Shown: piece by piece, positions 7,150-11,323 of the stretch
How the letters are laid out: each line of letters starts with the position of its first letter
How positions within the stretch are numbered: position 1 is the stretch's first letter
NCBI GenBank assembly: GCA_046498225.1
Contig: JAWOBF010000041.1
Span: 1-11,323, forward strand
Direction of reading: 5' to 3'
From: Candidatus Aegiribacteria sp.
Lineage (GTDB): Bacteria; Fermentibacterota; Fermentibacteria; Fermentibacterales; JCC-6
Length of the DNA: 11,323 nucleotides
Translations under genes and position numbers: made by a program
Notes under the pieces: model-generated
Seen by the model: the letters and a program-made list of their open reading frames with translations, nothing else
Database searches by the model: none
Told to the model about the DNA's origin: nothing

Positions 7150-7812
7150 ATGACATCAGGAGATATCGTTTCAGCGCTTCGTGAGAAGGTGCTCGGAGAG
7201 GTGTTCGATTACCGGGTACTGATGAATGCTCTGTCCGGCTACAGCAAGCCCAGGGACGCTGTGACCAGGCTTCTCTCCGATGGGACGATCGTTCGAATAG
7301 GCAAGGGGCTGTACTGCTTCGGCCACGCTTACAGGAGAGGGAACATCCAGAAGGAATACATCGCAAACCTCCTGTACGGGCCATCCTATGTGAGCCTGGA
7401 ATATGCGCTGCAGTTCTACGGAATGATACCTGAGAGAGTACATACGATAACCTCCGTGACCGTGAAGAGAACGAAGGATTTCGATACGCCTCTTGGCAGG
7501 TTCCATTACAGGATGCTCAGCCCTCACCGCTACAATTCAGGTTACACGCTTCATGACCGGTCCCCCGTGCCTTTCCTGATAGCTACTCCCGAGAAGGCGC
7601 TTGTTGACAAGTTGTGGACGGACAGGAGATTCAGTGGTACCAGGATCGGTGATTTTGCGGATTATCTCGAGGAGGACCTCAGGATCAACAGGAACTCCCT
7701 CGAAGGACTGGACCGTGACATGATGTTGAGGATATCCGATGCCTGCAATTCGGCAAAGATAAGGAATCTGGTAACTTACCTGGAGAGGATCTGGAGCGGT
7801 CATGGTTCATGA
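7150..7812 (+). CDS. Type IV toxin-antitoxin AbiEi-family antitoxin / transcriptional regulator
   Basis: N-terminal wHTH (IVRIGKGLY), plus PSYVSLEYALQFYGMIPE and IATPEKALVD. It overlaps the downstream toxin gene. The likely start is ATG 7150. Confidence 0.88.
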   Translation: MTSGDIVSALREKVLGEVFDYRVLMNALSGYSKPRDAVTRLLSDGTIVRIGKGLYCFGHAYRRGNIQKEYIANLLYGPSYVSLEYALQFYGMIPERVHTITSVTVKRTKDFDTPLGRFHYRMLSPHRYNSGYTLHDRSPVPFLIATPEKALVDKLWTDRRFSGTRIGDFADYLEEDLRINRNSLEGLDRDMMLRISDACNSAKIRNLVTYLERIWSGHGS

Positions 7813-8677
7813 AGCCGTCCGCGAGATGCTGGATTCTTATGAATGTGTAACGGCCGAGGATCGCATCAATGCTTTGAGGGATGTTCTTCAGAGACTGGCC
7901 CTGCTGGGGCTGTGGCGGAGCAGGTTCTACGAACACGCAGCTTTCTACGGAGGAACGGCTCTCAGGCTGCTGTACGGTCTTGACCGGTTCTCCGAGGATC
8001 TGGATTTCTCGCTGCTTGCTTATGATGCGGATTTCAGCCTGGACAGGTATTGCGGTTCTCTGAAGAGAGAGATAGAAAGCTTCGGTTTCAGTGTGGATGT
8101 TCAGCATGCCGGCAGCGAAAGGGTCGGCACCATCGATTCAGCCATGATCAGAGCGGATGTCGTGCGTCAGCTTATCCTGGTAGATGCTGGAGAGGAGTTC
8201 TCATGCGGTGTGCATCCCGGTAAGCTGCTGAAAATAAAGATGGAGATCGACATCGACCCCCCGGGGAATTTCGGGACGGAAACCCGTTACATGTTAAGAC
8301 CCTTCCCCGTACCTGTCCGCACATACCGGATGCCCGACATGTTCGCGGGAAAGCTGCACGCCGTTCTATGCAGACGGTGGAGGAACAGGGTGAAGGGGAG
8401 GGACTGGTACGATCTGGTGTGGTTCTCTTCCCGCTATCCGAAACTCCATCTGGCTCATCTGGAGGCCAGGATGAGGAAGTCCGGTGACTACGCGGATCAT
8501 GAGGACCTTACGCTGCAGAAGCTGCGGACAATGCTTGAACAGGCTGTGGAGAAACTCGATGTTGATTCAGCCAGGGAGGAAGTGTCCAGGTTCGTTCGTG
8601 ACCCCCGGACGCTGGAAACCTGGTCCAGGGAGCTCTTCCTGGAGGCGGTAATGAGGATCACTGCCTTCGAGGGGTGA
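7802..8677 (+). CDS. AbiEii/AbiGii-family nucleotidyltransferase toxin
   Basis: Signature motifs AFYGGTALRLLYGLDRFSEDLDF, KLHAVLCR and KGRDWYDL. Confidence 0.92.
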   Translation: MVHEAVREMLDSYECVTAEDRINALRDVLQRLALLGLWRSRFYEHAAFYGGTALRLLYGLDRFSEDLDFSLLAYDADFSLDRYCGSLKREIESFGFSVDVQHAGSERVGTIDSAMIRADVVRQLILVDAGEEFSCGVHPGKLLKIKMEIDIDPPGNFGTETRYMLRPFPVPVRTYRMPDMFAGKLHAVLCRRWRNRVKGRDWYDLVWFSSRYPKLHLAHLEARMRKSGDYADHEDLTLQKLRTMLEQAVEKLDVDSAREEVSRFVRDPRTLETWSRELFLEAVMRITAFEG

Positions 8678-8842
8678 AGCTGTTCCGGTGTCGAAACTCA
8701 CGGAATAGAAAAGGTTCATAAATCTGTACTCTGATTCCTGCTTGACCTTTCGAACGTTCATTCTTGAAATATCTTGTCCCCGGATCGAGGATAATTACCG
8801 GGAATACTTCATTCAACGATGATATTTGAATTTCCATATCGG

Positions 8843-8895
8843 TTGACCGCAAACAGAATATGCATTACACTTTATGCGTAACGCAAATTGTGTAA
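8843..8895 (+). promoter_or_regulatory. Putative promoter and palindromic operator of the ATPase gene
   Basis: TTGACC(8843)-17 bp-TACACT(8866). An imperfect palindrome TTACAC-4-TGCGT-A-ACGCA-4-GTGTAA (8865-8895) is centred at 8880. Confidence 0.55.
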
Positions 8896-8911
8896 CAGAG
8901 AGGGAGCCGGT

Positions 8912-10054
8912 ATGCCCAATCCTTTCTCATACGGCGGGATCGTGAAAGACGGTGATTTCTGCAATCGGCGAGCCGAGATAGAAGACCTTGTCAGGGCCGG
9001 CATGAACGGCGAGAAACTCTTCATTCACGGAGAGAGACGCATCGGGAAGACCTCGCTTCTGAGAGTCGCGGCGGAAGAGCTCCAGACAGCGAACGCCATG
9101 ACTGTGATGATAAACGTGTGGAAGTGCGTCGACGCTTCGGATTTCGTCGACCTCTGCGCGTCGGAGTTCGCCGGGGCGGAGGGCTCGGGGGGAATCCTCA
9201 AGAGGGTGAAGAGCATCTTCGAAGGCCTTTCGCCGGCGGTTACCGTCGGTGACGACGGAAGGCCGTCCATTACCCTCGCCAGAAGCACCCGGACCCTGTC
9301 CAGAGAACAGCTGGAAAACGTACTCAGGGCCTCGTGGAAGATAGCCGACTCCAACAGTGACAGGAGACTTGTAGTAATATTCGATGAGTTCCAGCAGGTA
9401 AGGATACTAGGGAACCGCAGCATCGAGCGGGTCATGAGAAGCGTGGTGCAGGAAAGGAACGATATCGCCTGGTTCTTCTGCGGCAGCAGAACCCACCTGA
9501 TACGGGAGATGTTCCTGGACTCAGCCAGCCCTCTCTACAGGAGCGCCGGGCATTATCCTCTTGAATCCATCAAAAGACACAGCTGGATACCTTTTCTGAA
9601 GAACAAATTCGATTCAACCGGCAGAGATATCCCTGAGAGCGTGATTGATGAAATTCTGCAGACAACATCCGGCCACCCTTTCTACACACAGATGCTCTGT
9701 TCGACCCTGTGGGACATGAGCGAGGAAGGAGAGTCCGTTTCGAAAGAAAGGACCGCGGACGCCCTGGAGATACTCCTGGAAAGGGAACATTCCACCTACC
9801 TCACTCTCTGGGACTCACTTCCCGAAATGTCCAGACGCTTGCTCAGGGCAGCCGCCCTGGAAAACCCCCTCCTGTTGCCCTATTCGGGAGACAACCTGGC
9901 GAAATATGGATTCAAGTCCCCCGCCAGCGCGGGAAGGGCGATAGAGTACCTGGTCGGTCATGACATAATTGTCAGGACAGCTGAAGGAGGCTACAGGGTC
10001 ATCGACCGCTTCCTGGCAATGTGGTGCAGAAAGAACCTCTGGAGACCGGGCTAA
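8912..10054 (+). CDS. AAA-family ATP-binding protein (archaeal-ATPase/STAND-like) with putative C-terminal wHTH
   Basis: MPNPF start after the RBS AGGGAG, then FCNRRAE, Walker A GERRIGKTS, Walker B VVIFDEFQ, GHPFYTQ, and a terminal YRVIDRFLAMW. Confidence 0.88.
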   Translation: MPNPFSYGGIVKDGDFCNRRAEIEDLVRAGMNGEKLFIHGERRIGKTSLLRVAAEELQTANAMTVMINVWKCVDASDFVDLCASEFAGAEGSGGILKRVKSIFEGLSPAVTVGDDGRPSITLARSTRTLSREQLENVLRASWKIADSNSDRRLVVIFDEFQQVRILGNRSIERVMRSVVQERNDIAWFFCGSRTHLIREMFLDSASPLYRSAGHYPLESIKRHSWIPFLKNKFDSTGRDIPESVIDEILQTTSGHPFYTQMLCSTLWDMSEEGESVSKERTADALEILLEREHSTYLTLWDSLPEMSRRLLRAAALENPLLLPYSGDNLAKYGFKSPASAGRAIEYLVGHDIIVRTAEGGYRVIDRFLAMWCRKNLWRPG

Positions 10055-10098
10055 CCTTTCTTACCTTTACAGGTACATTTATTAATCTATTTCATATA
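10041..10098 (+). repeat. 58-bp direct repeat, copy 1 (overlaps the ATPase 3' end)
   Basis: GGAGACCGGGCTAACCTTTCTTACCTTTACAGGT is identical to 11075-11108; 54/58 identity over the full repeat. Confidence 0.95.
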
Positions 10099-10179
10099 AC
10101 GGACCGCCGGAATTGACCCCGCACGCTCCAGCTGCCAGATTGGAGCTTCGGCACGGTCCAGCCGGGTGAAAGGGGAACG

Positions 10180-11088
10180 ATGCAGCAGCTGCTCCTGGTG
10201 CTTCTGGCCGTGACGCCTCCCGTGGCCTTCCTGGCATACATCCTGCGCTACGACAGGAGTGAACCGGAACCCCTGGGCCTGGTGCTGAAGATGCTTTTCC
10301 TGGGCTGTCTTTCGGCAGTCCCGGCGGTGCTCATCGAGTTTATCTTCATGGACCTTCCTCTTTTCTCCGGAACCGGTATGGCCGGCGCCGCCCTGCAGTC
10401 CTTCCTTCTGGTAGCCCCGGTTGAGGAGGCGGTGAAGCTCCTCACGGTGCTTCTCTTCGTGTGGAGGAACCGGAACTTCAACCAGCGCAACGACGGCATC
10501 GTGTACACCGGGACGGTAGCCATAGGCTTCGCCATGGCGGAGAACGTGCTGTACGTCCTGGACCGGGGATGGATCATCGGAGTTTTCCGGGCCGTTACCT
10601 CCATACCCACCCACACCTTCACCGGCGTCCTCATGGGCTACTTCGTAGGGGCGGCGAAGTTCGCCCCGACCAGGGCCGTCCGTGTCCGCCGCCTCTCCAC
10701 CGGCTTCCTTATAGCGTGGCTCTTCCATGGAGCCTACAACACATTCGCCCTGTCGGGGACCGCAGCCGCTCTTCTTGTCGTCCCCCTGGTGGCGGCCCTC
10801 TTCATCCTGGGCTCCCGGTCCCTGAAAAAGGGCAGTGCCCTCTCCGGAGCAATGGCGCGGACCGGTCCCCAGACGCCGGTACGGGCCCCGAAACGCGTCA
10901 GGCGATGGCACAGGGTGGTGGGCCGTGTCCTTCTTGCACTGTCAGGGGTTTTCTGGGCCCTGGTGGCGCTGGGCCTTCTTCTGGATGACATGACCGGCCG
11001 GGAAACCCTCCACATCATCCTGGGAACATTGATACTCACCGCGGTCCCCATCTTCCTGGGCATCCTCCTTGAGAGGAGACCGGGCTAA
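10180..11088 (+). CDS. prsW: PrsW-family intramembrane glutamic-type metalloprotease
   Basis: YDRSEPEP, APVEEAVK, DGIVY...GFAMAEN, HTFTG and HGAYN motifs, with multiple transmembrane helices. RBS AAGGGGA. Confidence 0.92.
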   Translation: MQQLLLVLLAVTPPVAFLAYILRYDRSEPEPLGLVLKMLFLGCLSAVPAVLIEFIFMDLPLFSGTGMAGAALQSFLLVAPVEEAVKLLTVLLFVWRNRNFNQRNDGIVYTGTVAIGFAMAENVLYVLDRGWIIGVFRAVTSIPTHTFTGVLMGYFVGAAKFAPTRAVRVRRLSTGFLIAWLFHGAYNTFALSGTAAALLVVPLVAALFILGSRSLKKGSALSGAMARTGPQTPVRAPKRVRRWHRVVGRVLLALSGVFWALVALGLLLDDMTGRETLHIILGTLILTAVPIFLGILLERRPG

Positions 11089-11132
11089 CCTTTCTTACCT
11101 TTACAGGTGCATTTATTCATTGATTTCATATA
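11075..11132 (+). repeat. 58-bp direct repeat, copy 2 (overlaps the prsW 3' end)
   Basis: Matches 10041-10098 at offset 1034 with 4 mismatches. Confidence 0.95.
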
Positions 11133-11167
11133 TAGGGGATTTTTCGGGCAGAAGTTGTGACCATGCA

Positions 11168-11213
11168 AGGGATTCGGCATGTTGTCTGCATGCTGAATCC
11201 TTCTTATTGTTGT
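11168..11213 (+). terminator. Possible intrinsic terminator downstream of prsW
   Basis: Stem AGGGATTCGGCATG / CATGCTGAATCCTT (with G-U pairs) and a 7-nt loop, followed by a T-rich tail (CTTATTGTTGT). Confidence 0.5.
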
Positions 11214-11323
11214 ATCCAACCCTTTCACCGGCGCGGATGCCGATGGCCCGGCCGCCACGGCTGCGACAATCCGGCCCGAGGGTATGAAGTGAACTGTGCG
11301 ATCAGCGGACATGACTTTGAAGG

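Noticed and set aside
8567..8852. Small minus-strand ORFs between abiEii and the ATPase
   Set aside because: Short, with no convincing motif, and they overlap the abiEii 3' end or the ATPase promoter.
10048..10180. Canonical integron attC site after the ATPase or prsW
   Set aside because: GGCTAAC is R''-like, but no complementary GTTRRRY R' box or long imperfect palindrome follows either copy.
10041..11132. CRISPR array
   Set aside because: Only two repeat copies, about 1 kb apart, and no cas genes.
11122..11151. Chromosomal dif site
   Set aside because: Only a partial XerD-like arm; the XerC arm and the 6-bp spacing do not fit convincingly in either copy.

Overview
Bacterial accessory-rich window, possibly from a candidate-phylum organism such as Ca. 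Fermentibacteria (inferred only from the C-terminal TWGxIK motifs). From left to right: the 5' end of a group II intron (minus strand, running off the window edge) sits at the oriIS-like end of a truncated IS91-family element. Two tandem paralogous secreted proteins follow, with duplicated promoters, near-identical ends and hypervariable middles, separated by an operator-like palindrome cluster and a HEPN-like remnant. Next come an Eis-like GNAT acetyltransferase, a secreted glucosaminidase-domain protein, a frameshifted DsrE/DrsE_2 gene, an AbiEi/AbiEii type IV toxin-antitoxin pair with an operator palindrome, an AAA ATPase and a PrsW protease. The ATPase and PrsW genes end in the same 58-bp direct repeat, which supplies the last codons and stop codon of both. 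All family calls are by motif recognition; no database searches were run.
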